Shown: positions 23,925 to 36,216 of the stretch, piece by piece
How the letters are laid out: each line of letters starts with the position of its first letter
Numbering within the stretch: position 1 is the first letter of the stretch
DNA from: Pseudogymnoascus verrucosus
Taxonomy: Eukaryota
Assembly: GCA_001662655.1 (NCBI GenBank)
Contig: KV460208.1
Length of the DNA stretch: 64,000 nucleotides
Reading direction: 5' to 3' (one strand)
The notes under the pieces: generated by a model
The model's input: the letters and a program-made list of their open reading frames with translations, nothing else
Told to the model about the DNA's origin: nothing
Databases searched by the model: none
Program-made: the position numbers and the translations under genes

Positions 23925-25241
23925 GGTGCGTGCGTCGGTGTGGATAGGTGCCGGGGTGGGTGGTGGGTGAGGGCGAAGGTGTCTAGCTGACGGATGGGGG
24001 GCGGGTGAGGAGAGGAGGGGGGGATATATACCTCACTCGGAGGCGCTGAGGGGGCTCTCTTGCCACGGCTGTAGCTATTGTCGCCGCCGCCATGGAAAAG
24101 GCATAGGATTGGGACAATCCAGTCCTGTCATGCCCAGCGCGCATTGTTCTCCTCTCTCCCCCTCCACTCTCCCCCCCCCCTTCCCCTTCCCTTGTCGGTT
24201 TCGTCCCCACCACCGACAAGGCAAGCTCGCCCAGCGCATGCATGTAAGATCCCGGTCGAGCGCGCGCGCGTCCCACTCCAGCCCTACGCCGCTACGCGGT
24301 CACACGCGCCCCAGGTAGGTGAGCGAGGAGCGCGCGGGCGCAGCGCTGGGGGGTGTGATGAGCGCCAAGGCTGGTGCGAGAGAGAGTTGGGGCTGGCTGG
24401 GTGCTGGTGGGAAAGGGAAGGCTTGGCGTTTGCTCGCGAGTTATGTCCCCTCGGGGCATGGGCAGCTGAATTGAGCGGGGCGGGGGCGCTAGGGGGGGGT
24501 AGGGGGGTAGGGGTGAAGTGGAGGGGTGGTGGCGGTCGGTGGGGGGGTGGTTGGTAGTTGGGAGCTTGGGAGTTGGTTGGGGGCGACAAACTGAAGACTC
24601 TTTTGGGAGTGATGAAGGAAGAAAGAGGGGATATTGGGACGGGTTGGGATGTGGAGTGGGTATGGAAATAGACATGGTCATGGGCATGAACATCAGCATG
24701 GGCCTGAGTCGCTGTCGCGAGGTTGGATCAAGCGCTGTACATATGTATTGAAGGATGTATGGAGCATGTACGAACGCCGACTCGCCGCCACCGATCGATC
24801 TATCGAGAGCCGCCTGTTCTACGAGGGTCCAGTGAGGTTGAGGCAGGAGAGGTCTTGGAGGCACGACTGGCTGAGGATCGCCGGCGCGCTTGATTCCCCG
24901 ATTGGGAGAAAAACTGGTGAAGGCGGCGGGCAAGACAACCATGCGGTCTGGTAGGTGGGAGGGGCGATATAAGCTATTGGCAAGTGTGCACATACTTTTT
25001 TTTCGCATCCTGCGTCCTGAGACAGCACTACTGGAGTATGTAGATACAGGGAAGGTGGTGATCTAGATGCAGGGAATAGGTGTGTAAACAATGAACACGG
25101 GAGAAAAGATGACAGCGGTGGACAAGATGGCGGTAAGCAGTGCATGAAAAGCGGCCTACGAGCTCAATTTGGAATACGAAGAGCACCCGGAGTAGGAATA
25201 CGGAGTACGAGCATGCAGGATGAAAAAGTCGTGATATGCAC

Positions 25242-25380
25242 CGATTGAGCGAGTTACGAGTTTGTTTCTTCCGAGCCTCTTCTCCGTCGCTCCTTCTCCC
25301 CTTTTCTCTACGATTGAGCGAGTTACAAGTTTCTTTTCTTCCGAGCCTCTTCGCCGTTCGCGCCTTCTCTCCTTTCTCTG
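25242..25380. repeat. Imperfect tandem duplication, 69-bp period
   Basis: cgattgagcgagttac(g/a)agttt...ttcttccgagcctcttc begins at both 25242 and 25311. Confidence 0.85.
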
Positions 25381-25633
25381 TTTCCACTCATACTCAAGAA
25401 CACCCATAGTGCATGATCGACGACGGGGTTGATCCGTATGACATGCTTACTTACTCCGGACTCGCAGCCGTCGCTGCCTGCCTACTGTCGTACTACTGCG
25501 CGCCGTCTTACACGAACAGTCGCCCATTGCTCTCTCCATTATTAACCCCTATACGAAAGCCGTAACTCGCTCTGTCCTCTTCTAGACTCTCTGTATGGCC
25601 TCATCCCATACCATATGACCCCATTCGAGTTTT

Positions 25634-25700
25634 CTGGTCCCTCTCTGGTCCCTCTCTGGTCCCTCTCTGGGCCATCTCTCGGCCATCCCTTGGCCATCTC
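25634..25700. repeat. 11-bp tandem repeat (CTGGTCCCTCT) x3 plus degenerate copies
   Basis: ctggtccctct ctggtccctct ctggtccctct ctgggccatct ctcggccatcc. Confidence 0.85.
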
Positions 25701-25837
25701 GGGACCAATACCGTGCATAAAGTATGCATACGCCCCATATTGTACATATCCTTGTTCACCTGGGATGTCGTCGATATTTGGAACCAGAGCATCATCGTGC
25801 GCCATACAACCATGCACTGCACTGCACTACACCCGCA

Positions 25838-25990
25838 GTATACCCATACTAACCCATACTAATCCATACAAACCCATACTATACCCATATCATATCCATA
25901 CTATCCTATAATATCCCCTACTTTCTCATACTACCTCATACTATCCCACATACTATCCCGCATTCTATCCTGCATAGTCTCTGCATATCT
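25838..25990. repeat. Low-complexity CCCATACT/CATACTAT-type repeat
   Basis: Repeated acccatact / catactatcc units; almost G-free on the + strand. Confidence 0.7.
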
Positions 25991-27938
25991 TGGTACGAGA
26001 CAATAAAAACGGAAACAGAACCTGCTCTGTTGCCTGCATCATTTATTCACTACTACCCTCTTTCCCGCTCTACTCCACTCCTTCCACCACTGGCTTCCAC
26101 TCCCGCTTCATTGCCGTTGCCACCCACAATCAGAGACACAAACTTCCGCATCTCCCAGCCTATGACATTCCCATCCCTTTCCCGTCTGCCAATCCCAATC
26201 CCCATCTCTCAAATCTCGACGCCGGCCTAGGATTTCCAACATCTGCATGTTCCATAGCAATATTAACAATACCTGCGGCCGTTGTATGCAACTTAACAGT
26301 AGTTCACCTCCGATCTGCGGTGCACAACAACCCAACCCACCATTCCCAGCATCCCCCGCCGCCACATCTGTCATCTTTCAGCTGATGTGAGCCGCAAACG
26401 CCGCGCCCGGCACGCCCTACCAACCCCCCCACTAACCCCCTCCGGCATAGCCCTGTCAATCCCCTCCAATGCACCAGTCATCCTCAGCTGGCGCTGTCCC
26501 GACCGCACCGGGAAACATCCAAACAGCGATAAACAACTGTACATATGTTCGGTGATTGTCGCAGACGGCGCGTACAGTCCGGGGTAAGTCATAGGTCGGT
26601 GAGCACCAGACCGACAAACTACTAATATCGCCCTCGCTCGCCCCTATCACGACAGAATGTTTTCCCTGATTTTCGTTCCCGTGGGCGGCCAACGCACGAC
26701 CCGACTGTCTGTGCATAAACAGCGAGGCTAGCCCAGACCACGCCGGCCAAATTTAGTCCCGGCGGTCTCAGCTGGACGGACCCCGATCACCACACATCTC
26801 CGGCCGGCGAACAGTTCTCGGGTTACCGCTCTCTCTCTAGCACGGCGTGGGCGGTCTGGCTATTGATTTTGGATTTTCGTGGTGTGAGACACTGGCGGGG
26901 GCCTGGGCCCGCAGATGGATGATATCCCGTGATGAGAAGGAATGGGCTTGGTGCCGAGCCTGTGCGCATTCCGCATGTTCTACGCCAGAACAGCGAAAGC
27001 GACCCCTATGGAAGTGAATAAGCTGAGATACACTGTCAACTGGGCTAACGGCATGATTTGGACGAGGCCATGCCGCTGTCTGTCTACTGGTAAGGGCTTT
27101 GCTATAGATAGCGAGGTGGAGACTAGGCCCCTCGTATAGGCCCCTCGTATTCAAAACCAATCACCAATGGATATGGATGACACTTTGTGCTGAGGTGTTT
27201 AGGATTTGGCTACATCACAGCGGCACACGCATTAATTAAAGACGTCGAGGTAAGAACGGGAGGAAATATGGCTCTGATATAATCGTAATTACAATGGATA
27301 ATCGTAGGATTACCGAACCTCGCGTGCTCGTAACCCCCATCTGCACGCAAACCCGAGGCCGGTCATGGGATCGTGCTCTCAATACCATCCAGAGTAATTT
27401 CCATCATCGCACCATTACAATAAATGTCATCGACAAGGGGTAAGTTCATTGACAACCCGAATACCATTCCGTAGATGATAGCTCCTCTATTTGATTAGAC
27501 CGTGGCAAGAAGCCCTACCGGCGCTGAGAATGCTCCGGTGACAGAGGCGTCGCGACACCACTAGTGGAGCAGTGACGAGAAGAGAGAGGGGATTCAAAAT
27601 ATGTCATAAGCAAAGGGCACCCCTTCTCCAACGACCTTCGGGCTGGCTCGCATGTGGTGATGGCCAGGTGTGTAGAAATTCAGGGCGGCATTGCCAATCT
27701 TTTCCGGGAGCTGTCCAGTGTGAGTCCTAATGTTGAGCTTCTACGTCGCAGTTTCAATGTTTGACCTGCCGCGCTAAAGGCATTATCAAGAATGAGACTG
27801 CTTGAGATGCCGATTTTTAACCATCTCTATGGCTTTTGAGCCACACCCTTTATTGTAGTGAGAGGCGAGGAAACATTCCACGAAAGCTCGTAGCCAAGGT
27901 AGCATATCATTTCAAGCGTAATATATATCCCATCTACT

Positions 27939-29963
27939 CTATCGTACAGTCAAAAACAAATCATCCCCCATCTTCTTCGGCGTCAGCTCCCACGGACTCG
28001 GGCTCATAGGCACCTGTCCCCGCTCGCCCTGCAAATTCATGAATGAACGTTGATTCCCATTCTGCTGTGGCCTCCACCCAGAATCACCCCCACCATTCCC
28101 ACCGCCGCTCCCCGGCACGACCCTCCAGCCATTCTTCCCACCCCCCGCAGCCCTCCCATCAACCCCCCCAAGCACCAACGCATCCGCCTGCTCCTTCCCC
28201 CGCCGCTTCTCCAGCAACGAGGACGACGTACTCTCTGTTGACATTCCACTCCCCGCACTCATCCGCGGATTCTGCAGACGCTGGAAATTTGGCTGCTTCG
28301 GCGGCGGGTAGGCGAAGGTAGGTGATAATTTGGGAATCTTGGGGTAGGAGACGGGCGATTCGACAACGGGGGAGAGGTCGGCGCTGCGTCTGTTGTTGAC
28401 GTGGGATTTTCGTCGCAGGGGGGCTGGCACCAGTGTGGTTTCTGGTGCGTATGCTTGGTTATTGTAATCTGTTGGTAGTTCCGCGGCTTCCTGCTGAGAG
28501 CCTTGTCGATATGGTGCGTATGACCGGTATGGCGACTGTTGCGGCTGTCGGCTGTTTTGGTAATTCGCTGCGCTGTCTCGTGGCGAACTTCGCCCTGAAT
28601 ATACACTGGACGTTGCTGTGCCTAATTGCAGAGGCTTCGAAAAGCTAAGACCTGGCTTTCGGACTTCCTGTGGCCTTAGACCATTTCCGGAAGAACCCGC
28701 CCTTTGAAGTGTGGCAGGAGTGATGGCTGGTAGCGACGATTTTGCGTCGTCATTCGGGAGACCGTAATATACGGTATTATCTTCTTCGTAGCTAAAAGGA
28801 GTGTATGGAGTGCTGTCTTCTTCAAACTGGGTCATCGCGCTATCTCGGCTCGGCACTCCTTGGTCGTAGTAATCGTTTTCTTTTCGTGGCATAGGATGCG
28901 CTATGTCTTTCGCAACGGGCTCAGGTGGAACATATAGTCGTAACTTGGGCTTTCCGGGTAGCCCGTTTGTAGGCATGGCGTATTGCTTTACCTCTGGGGA
29001 AACTGCCACCCCAATCTGGTCTGTCGGAAGGGTTATTCCAGGATCCCCATATTCGAGTGGGAACCTTGGAGGTGGGATTTTCTTCAACCCTGCAGGCCCG
29101 GTGGGCCCATTTCCTAGCCCATTCTGATAGTATTTTTCGCCCTTTGAAGGGTCGTTTTGGAAAGGTAGGCTATTGGTATCGCTATCTCGTTCTCGGCTTC
29201 TTCGTCGTCTTCGCCTCAAGCACGCTGCAACTGCAATTGCCGCAATGGCCAACACAGCGGCGCCAACGCTTGCCACAACAATACCAGCAAGCTGTGGCGA
29301 GCTCAGCTGAGTTCCAGCTACTGGGGTAGCTGACGAGGAATTTTCAGCGGCAGCCGGTACCGTAGTGTCAGCTACGGTGCTTTCTGACGTCGAGGTGGAA
29401 TCGCTCGTCGTTTCGGATGTTGTGCTTGGAATAAGTGTGGTAGAATCGGCAGTCGTACTGGTAGTGCTCGAATCGGCGGTCGTAGTAGAAGTGCTTGATG
29501 CCTTGGATGAGCTATGGCTCGTGGTGGTGGTGGCAGTCGTTGAAGATCCAGTATCGACAATGATAGTCGCCCGAAGTACCGCATGCGTGTTTGGTAGCGC
29601 ATTGGCCTTCCCAGCACACATGTTATAAGCCTTTTTCGAAGCCGAACTGCTGTTGGTATCTCCTACACAGAACCCCACATTCTCTTCAGCTATAAGGCAC
29701 TGTAGTGCCCCTTCCCCCGCTGTGTACCCTGTCGAGCTCTTATGTGTGCATAAGCAATCTAAAGTTGGAGATGTCGTGCATGCGGACGCTGGAAAATTCG
29801 CGGAAAGAAACGAAGCAAAACATGACTGCGCGCATAACGGGATAAATTCTGTGATGTCGTCTCCTAAGTTGTATGTGGGTGAAGAGGAAGTCTGGGCTGT
29901 GACAGATGCCGTAGTCGCAAGGAAATATATTAAGGCGAGGAAGCTCGCTGTAGAGATGCCCAT
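27939..29963 (-). CDS. CFEM-domain single-pass membrane protein (signal peptide, CFEM, Ser/Thr stalk, TM, cytoplasmic tail)
   Basis: 674 aa. Signal peptide MGISTASFLALIYFLATTASVTA; eight-Cys cluster IPLCAQSC...C...CLC...C...C...C; S/T-rich region; TM LAGIVVASVGAAVLAIAAIAVAACL followed by RRRRRR. Confidence 0.85.
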   Translation of the reverse strand: MGISTASFLALIYFLATTASVTAQTSSSPTYNLGDDITEFIPLCAQSCFASFLSANFPASACTTSPTLDCLCTHKSSTGYTAGEGALQCLIAEENVGFCVGDTNSSSASKKAYNMCAGKANALPNTHAVLRATIIVDTGSSTTATTTTSHSSSKASSTSTTTADSSTTSTTADSTTLIPSTTSETTSDSTSTSESTVADTTVPAAAENSSSATPVAGTQLSSPQLAGIVVASVGAAVLAIAAIAVAACLRRRRRRSRERDSDTNSLPFQNDPSKGEKYYQNGLGNGPTGPAGLKKIPPPRFPLEYGDPGITLPTDQIGVAVSPEVKQYAMPTNGLPGKPKLRLYVPPEPVAKDIAHPMPRKENDYYDQGVPSRDSAMTQFEEDSTPYTPFSYEEDNTVYYGLPNDDAKSSLPAITPATLQRAGSSGNGLRPQEVRKPGLSFSKPLQLGTATSSVYSGRSSPRDSAANYQNSRQPQQSPYRSYAPYRQGSQQEAAELPTDYNNQAYAPETTLVPAPLRRKSHVNNRRSADLSPVVESPVSYPKIPKLSPTFAYPPPKQPNFQRLQNPRMSAGSGMSTESTSSSLLEKRRGKEQADALVLGGVDGRAAGGGKNGWRVVPGSGGGNGGGDSGWRPQQNGNQRSFMNLQGERGQVPMSPSPWELTPKKMGDDLFLTVR

Positions 29964-30984
29964 TTTAAGGGTACTGCTTCATGTCAGCTAACTTCACTCA
30001 CACGGCCACATTACCCCATAGCAGGAGAACTTTCAGCATGGAATCTACTGACCTTAATGAAGGGAAAGAAAATATGGGAGATGAGCCGACCAGCGTCCCA
30101 TCATCAAAATAGAAATGAAGAAAGAAAGTAAGACGACGCCAAAGGAAACCACGGCACGGAGAAATCAAGAATGTAGAGTCCGAAACAAAATGAAAGATGA
30201 AGGGGCAAAGGAAGACAATAAGAAGATGGAATAAAACAAAATTAGACCAAGCATATCGGCTGCCTGTTACCTGTTGGGACATGAGCGATAGACTCATCCT
30301 ACCCAAGCCACTCCTCGACCTACGTCTGGCCATGTGGTGGTGCCCTGATCCACAACCTGTGCATCCTGTCGCCAAAGGTAGGTCCCTGACAGGCCGCCAT
30401 ATTGTTGGTAGGCGCTGTCATGACACTCAGTCAGTCTGATGTTTATTCTTGGAGACCGGTGCGACATTGTGAGTGGTTGATGTTGGATGCGCGGTTAAGC
30501 CCGGCGCCAAAGTATGTCGTTGATTGGTTTGATGCCAGCCTTGCTGCTGCCTCACGTGCAACATTCCATCGCGAGGCTGAAGGCTACGTCATAAATCGAG
30601 GCCGCGGCTACGGTTAAAGTTGGTTTTGTGCCTGTAAATAAATGACTCTGCAGCTTGGAACCGCTCGGATTTGATTCCTTTCCAACAAGAGACGTGTGGC
30701 GATAACCTGGAAGACCAATAAATAAAAACTAGGTTGACGCGTGCCGGCTTTCCCAACAATGCCGTCGACCCCAAATGAAGGCGCAGGGCGAGGCAGGTCG
30801 GTCCAACATCGACCTGAAGTATTATAAATTCCTCCGGAGAAGGCCCATGTCTTTGGTGGAGGATGTGGCTATGCAAATAATGCACAGTGTGCTGGCCTTT
30901 CATTATTCAAACAAAACAAGTGAAACGATGCCAATATTCATATGCAGGAATCCTAGTCTATATGATCCGGGAAATAATGCTTAA

Positions 30985-31903
30985 TTAAGCAAGCCATTTT
31001 GAGAACCACCCGATTGCTTGCTCCTCTGCTTGGTCTGCTTGTTCCTTCTGCTTAGGATCCCTTGGGTCCCCTCTCACGGCAAATCCATGCTTAGCCCCAG
31101 GATAGACGACGACTTCGTGGTCGTCGCCTTTCTTCTCCAATATGCTCTTGGCATTCTCGACATCAGGGAATTTCATTACGAAGTCAACATCTCCAACAGC
31201 TATGGATAGCGGAACTGTGACTCCAGTGATATCAGTTGGAACATTCAGCATGCTCGGATGGGCTGTGAAGGCAGCATCTATCAGCGGCTTCACCTCCCCA
31301 GCTTCGGATCCATATCGGTGAACACGAGAAGACGGCGTATCATGTGCAAGCTTAACAGCATGCAGCCCGCCCCAGCAGAATCCAGCGGCGCCAATTTTGA
31401 GATTCGCGGTTTCTGGCGACGTTCTCAGGGCTTTCACGAATTCTAACACCCTTGGCATTGTCACTGACTCTCGGCAACGGATCGCAAATGGGACCATATG
31501 TTGTATGGACTGCAGTATGTAGATTGGCTTCTCAAATAACGTCGTATACCAGGATGCCGGCGCTGTGATGAAGCTCATGTGGTCAAGAAGCATTTCGTTT
31601 ACCGCGTGGCCTAGGCTGTCAGCCAGAGTACTGTGCACGCTGACCTCAAATATGCTACTTACCATCCATGACCTCGGGAAGATATACGGTGAACCCGCCC
31701 TTCTTTGCATACTGATCGGCGAGAACACGATTGTTGTTGAACTTCCACCCAAACGCGTCAGGAATATAGACGATCAATCCTTTTGACTCTCCCTCTGGGA
31801 GAGCGACGTACGTCGGCAGCCCATGTATTGTAGTCTCTGTTCCTGTTGGCGTTTTATCCGACAAAGTGCCACTCACACAGTCTCGACAAGGAACTCCAGA
31901 CAT
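30985..31903 (-). CDS. Dienelactone hydrolase family protein
   Basis: Exons 31903-31663 and 31610-30985. N-terminal CRDCVSG; PDAFGW; nucleophile GFCWGG; FTAHPS; GDVD; YPGAKHGFAVRG. Confidence 0.92.
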
Positions 31904-32249
31904 CTTGGGCGGATTTGACCTTTAGTAATGGGACAGCTCTTAACTCAATCGGTGGCTTCTCGAGAAAGGAAGCAATAAGCAGGAGATCCTGCTGCCTTTA
32001 TTCTGTGCCGCGTATCCCAATTAAGGGCGTGCACATGTTAAATGGTGTTTTGTGGCGTTCCTATACGATCCGTCATTTATCGTGTTGGGCATGGCACCTT
32101 ATCGCCGATAAGGCAAGGAACCTACAGGTGGGGGTGGGGGAGCTAGCTGACCTTGCAGAATTGGAAACCGACATAGACAACGAAGCACATTGCACTGTAT
32201 ACGACATATAGCTTCTCTTTATATTTAAAATATATTAGCATCTATTAAA

Positions 32250-33017
32250 ATGGTATATACATCACCCATCCTTTGGGTATGAGCAACAGGCTTACGATTT
32301 TGACCTAGGAGGAACACACCGCACCCCACGCCGAAGCATCGACCTTCAAAGAAGGTGTCTCCAGGGCAGATGCCTACAAGCAGGTTCTAGAGCAGATGAA
32401 GGGCCTCATGGAAGGCCAAAGGAACTGGGTAAGTCTTCACTCCCCTCCCACCTCCCAGACCAAACCCTAACACATCCACAGGTCTGGTAAGCACTCCCCC
32501 CTCAACCCCGCCATCTCAACCAACTCACCCCCTTCCCCCAGCAACCTCGCAAACGCCTCCTCCCTCCTCTGGCATGCCTACAAATCCCTCCCCGCCCCTC
32601 TTTCCGAAGTAAATTGGTCCGGTACGTCCCCTATCCCCCTTCCCCCGCCCTCCAACCCCACTAACACCCCTCCCCCAACCAGGCTTCTACGTCCTCGACC
32701 GCACCACCCCCTCCCAGCTCATTCTCGGCCCCTTCCACGGCCAAGTCGCCTGCCAAACCATCGCTTTCACGCGCGGCGTGTGTGGCTACGCGGCTACGCA
32801 CAAGACTATCCAGGTCGTCAATAACGTTGAGGCGTTCCCGAACCACATTGCCTGTGATGGCGCGACGAAGAGCGAGGTTGTTGTTCCGCTGCTGGTTGAC
32901 GGAGAGGTTGTCGCGGTGCTGGATGTTGATTGTGCGGTGCTGAGTGGGTTTGATGAGGAGGATGCGTTGGCGCTGTATGAGTTGGCTGAGCTGCTGGCGA
33001 AGGGGTGTGATTGGTAG
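32250..33017 (+). CDS. GAF-domain free methionine-R-sulfoxide reductase (fRMsr/YKL069W-like)
   Basis: Probable exons 32250-32252 (ATG only), 32309-32428, 32482-32486, 32542-32621, 32683-33017. Spliced GQRNWVCNLANASSLLWHAY...VNWSGFY...LGPFHGQVACQTI...GVCG...HIACDGATKSEVVVPL...VLDVDC. Confidence 0.9.
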
Positions 33018-33666
33018 GTATAGAGAGCTTCTTGGGTATGGAAGGAAGTTAAAAGTGGAATTGACGAATGAATGAGATCATATGCTATGGTATATCGAGG
33101 ATGCTACGGATGACTTAGATCGGACCTGGATATCAATTCATATGATGAAAGACTATAAGAGAACATTTAGTTCTATGATACGAGGCAATTGGTTTAAGCA
33201 TTTCTTCGTTAAATGGATTGAATTAAGTATAAATGTTTCTATCTACATTGAATCGAATCATTCCTGCTCGCTCATAAATGTTAGAAATGGGTATATATCG
33301 CCACTTGTGGCCCCGCCCGGATACTCCAAACTTCTGTTCTGCTCATATGCTCATCTGCTCATCTATCATGAACGTAACTCGTACACCGTGATGTCGTGGA
33401 CAGTTCTCGTCTTACAAGGACACGTAGTCCCGACCTCTTCTGCGCCCTTGTAAATGCTAGAAATGCCGAAAGTCTTCATATAGCTGTTCGTTTCCACGGT
33501 ACGTGGTCTAGGTCTTCGTCCTTGCGTGGTTGTGGGCACTACTCGTCCCTTGCGTTCCCGAATCGGGTGGTATAGCCAATTCAACTCCTGGCCTCTGCTC
33601 CTGGATCTTCTCTCCGGAAAAAACATCCCTTAAAACGCCATTAGATCAGTTCCCCATTCTCCCCAC

Positions 33667-34380
33667 TCAAGGCGGATTCGCCATCGCCGCATCAATACTC
33701 GCATGCCTCTTATGCATCAACGGGCTCATCTGGAGCTCATTCACCACGCTCGCCCAGCCCATCTTCTGCGCCCCTCCAATATGCGTATTGCTATGCCCCA
33801 TCGCCTGCGTCGTCAGCCTCCTCAGCGGCGGCTTCCGCACAATCCCCTCCGTAAGCGCATGATGCAGATGTGGCCTCAACGCCATCTTCGGCACGCTCCT
33901 CTCCGGGCTCTTCTCCACAACAGGCTTATCCGGCACCACTGACCCCTGCGCAAGCAGCCCCATATACAGCACCAGGAAGCGCGTGCGCAGCAGATCAAGC
34001 CGCCTCACGCGCTGCTCCAGCTGCAGCCTGTTGGACGCCCACAGCAGGCGCGCGCTGGCGCGCAACCGCGTCCCCGACTCGCCGATGAGAAGCCGGTTGA
34101 GGTCCTCGCGGAGGTCGTCGCCGCATTTCTGGATCTCGCGCAGGAGCCGGTTGAGGCGGATCTTGTCCTCGAGGCGGGGGACGCGCGCGATGTCGCGGTC
34201 GTAGGATTCGTTCTCCTGGATGGAGAAGTCGGCGGCGTCGAGGAAGGTGGGGAGCTCGAGAGGGGCGGAGAGGTAGGCGGAGGTGTAGGAGGTGGTTGTT
34301 TGGGCGATGACGAGGATGGAGAGGGCGAGGGCCGCGAGGATGAGGGTCAGGGCGGCAAGGGGGAGGTCGCTGGAAGCCAT
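33667..34380 (-). CDS. Hypothetical protein with N-terminal hydrophobic segment and helical domain
   Basis: 237-aa ORF with strong codon bias; hydrophobic N-terminus; RLLREIQKCGDDLREDL. No family recognised. Confidence 0.75.
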   Translation of the reverse strand: MASSDLPLAALTLILAALALSILVIAQTTTSYTSAYLSAPLELPTFLDAADFSIQENESYDRDIARVPRLEDKIRLNRLLREIQKCGDDLREDLNRLLIGESGTRLRASARLLWASNRLQLEQRVRRLDLLRTRFLVLYMGLLAQGSVVPDKPVVEKSPERSVPKMALRPHLHHALTEGIVRKPPLRRLTTQAMGHSNTHIGGAQKMGWASVVNELQMSPLMHKRHASIDAAMANPP

Positions 34381-35077
34381 GGATGTGGTTCAGACCGCCG
34401 TTGATGTTGGGTGGTTGGGTTGTTATGTCGGTGCTATTCTAACGGCATTGTCATGGCCGGACGGGGGGCCAGTACTCGCGGAATAATTCGAGAGAGAGTA
34501 TGGACGAGAGACGAGTGAATATTGAATAGTTGAATTGGCGGATTTGTGTGGTGAAGCCGACGAAGTTCATTCGTAATGGTGGCGATGTGAAGGTGAGGGT
34601 GATTGGTTTTGGGTGGACGGTGATACCCCTGCCTGTACATAGTCGACGTGGAGATTGGTGCAGACTGTGCATTAACATTAACTGATTGCTTCACAAAAAC
34701 TGCCCAAACGGTAATTGGGCATCATGTGTTTAGACGATGCCAATAGAGCACTCATTACCGTGTCAAAATTGGCAATTTATGCATTTTTGAGGAAATATTT
34801 ACATCTCAACAATTAAATGCATAGCCCGTTTGAATCGGTTCAGACCTGCATAGCTGCCGCTGCAGACTGTACCATTAGCATCGCTGTGCTACCGTTGAAA
34901 AAGTGACATGTACCCTGCGTTTAATGTACTGTAAATCTGCAAATCCATAAAATCCATAAAATCCATTGATGGCGAGGCTGCGAGGCTTAAAAGCGGGATC
35001 AACCGACCCCACGTCTGTCATCCATCCCACCACCAGAACAACATTTCCACGATAGCACGACAAATCTCAACCCCTCC

Positions 35078-35956
35078 ATGAATACGAATACAACCACAAA
35101 CTCACAACCAACCACCTCCTCCTCACCACCCGCCATGGCGACCTCCGAGGTCCTCCCTCCACCCACCGCCGCCTCCGAACCCATCATCCCCCTCCCCACC
35201 ATCCTCACCCACCCCTCCTCAACCACCCCCCAGCTCATCACCCAAGGCGCCGAAGCCCTCCTCTACAAATCGACCTACCTCCTCCCCACCCTCCCCTGCG
35301 CCCTCAAACACCGCCCCCCAAAACCCTTCCGCCACCCCATCCTCGACGCCCGCCTCACCAAACACCGCATCCTCAGCGAGGCCCGCGTCCTCGCCAAGTG
35401 CCGCCGCGACGGCGTCCCTGTCCCCGCTGTGTACGCGCTCGATGCTGAATTGAAGGGGGGGTGGATCGCGATGGAGTGGGTGGAGGGGGATGTGGTGCGC
35501 GTGGCGCTGAATCGGTGGTTGAAGAGGAGGAAGGGGGAGGGGAAGACGTTGGATGATAAGGAGGGGCAGGAGAGGGTGTTGAGGTTGATGACGATGGTGG
35601 GGGCGGCGGTGGGGACGATGCATTCGGTGGGTGTGGTGCATGGGGATTTGACGACGAGTAATTTGATGCTTAGGCCGACGGAAAAGGAAGGGGCGAATGG
35701 AGCGGTAGAGGATGATTTGGAGGGGGAGATTGTGTTGATTGATTTTGGACTGGCGAGTCAGAGCGCACAGGATGAAGATCGGGCTGTGGATCTGTACGTT
35801 CTGGAAAGAGCTTTTGGAAGTACACATCCCGGCACGGAGGCGCTATTTGGGGAGGTACTAAGGGCGTACGGGGAGAGCTTCAACGGTGCTAAAGTGACGC
35901 TGAAGAAGCTGGAGGATGTGCGGATGCGGGGTAGGAAGAGAAGCATGCTGGGTTAG
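35078..35956 (+). CDS. BUD32: KEOPS complex kinase Bud32/PRPK
   Basis: QGAEA, FRHPILDARLTKHRILSEAR, VVHGDLTTSN, LIDFGL, EDRAVDLYVLERAFGSTHP and C-terminal VRMRGRKRSMLG. Confidence 0.97.
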   Translation: MNTNTTTNSQPTTSSSPPAMATSEVLPPPTAASEPIIPLPTILTHPSSTTPQLITQGAEALLYKSTYLLPTLPCALKHRPPKPFRHPILDARLTKHRILSEARVLAKCRRDGVPVPAVYALDAELKGGWIAMEWVEGDVVRVALNRWLKRRKGEGKTLDDKEGQERVLRLMTMVGAAVGTMHSVGVVHGDLTTSNLMLRPTEKEGANGAVEDDLEGEIVLIDFGLASQSAQDEDRAVDLYVLERAFGSTHPGTEALFGEVLRAYGESFNGAKVTLKKLEDVRMRGRKRSMLG

Positions 35957-36216
35957 AAAGCAAAAAAAACTTATACAGAAATCATACAGCGAAGATAGAC
36001 ATGCATCATGGCAGAAGCCGGGTTATTCATATAAATGCAATCAACGCAAGGCTATGTCTATTCCACTTGCCATCATCGCTACCGCCGTCTTCTTGTGCTC
36101 TCCAAGAAGCTCAATATGTGCGTCGTTATCCCATATACCAAAAACGCCGTGGGATGACCAGTACCAGTAATCCCAATGCAAAAGCTACCTCCAAAAACCC
36201 TCTTTATGTGTAATGC

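Noticed and set aside
24078..25008. Overlapping ORFs of 100-238 aa
   Set aside because: They arise from low-complexity C/G tracts and translate to Pro/Gly-rich sequence without domains.
25242..25700. CRISPR-like array
   Set aside because: Eukaryotic DNA, repeats are tandem without unique spacers, and there are no cas genes.
34941..34967. 9-bp repeat AAATCCATA x3 before BUD32 (similarly ACCATAGTAA x2 at 17994)
   Set aside because: Ordinary slippage-type microrepeats with nothing suggesting function.
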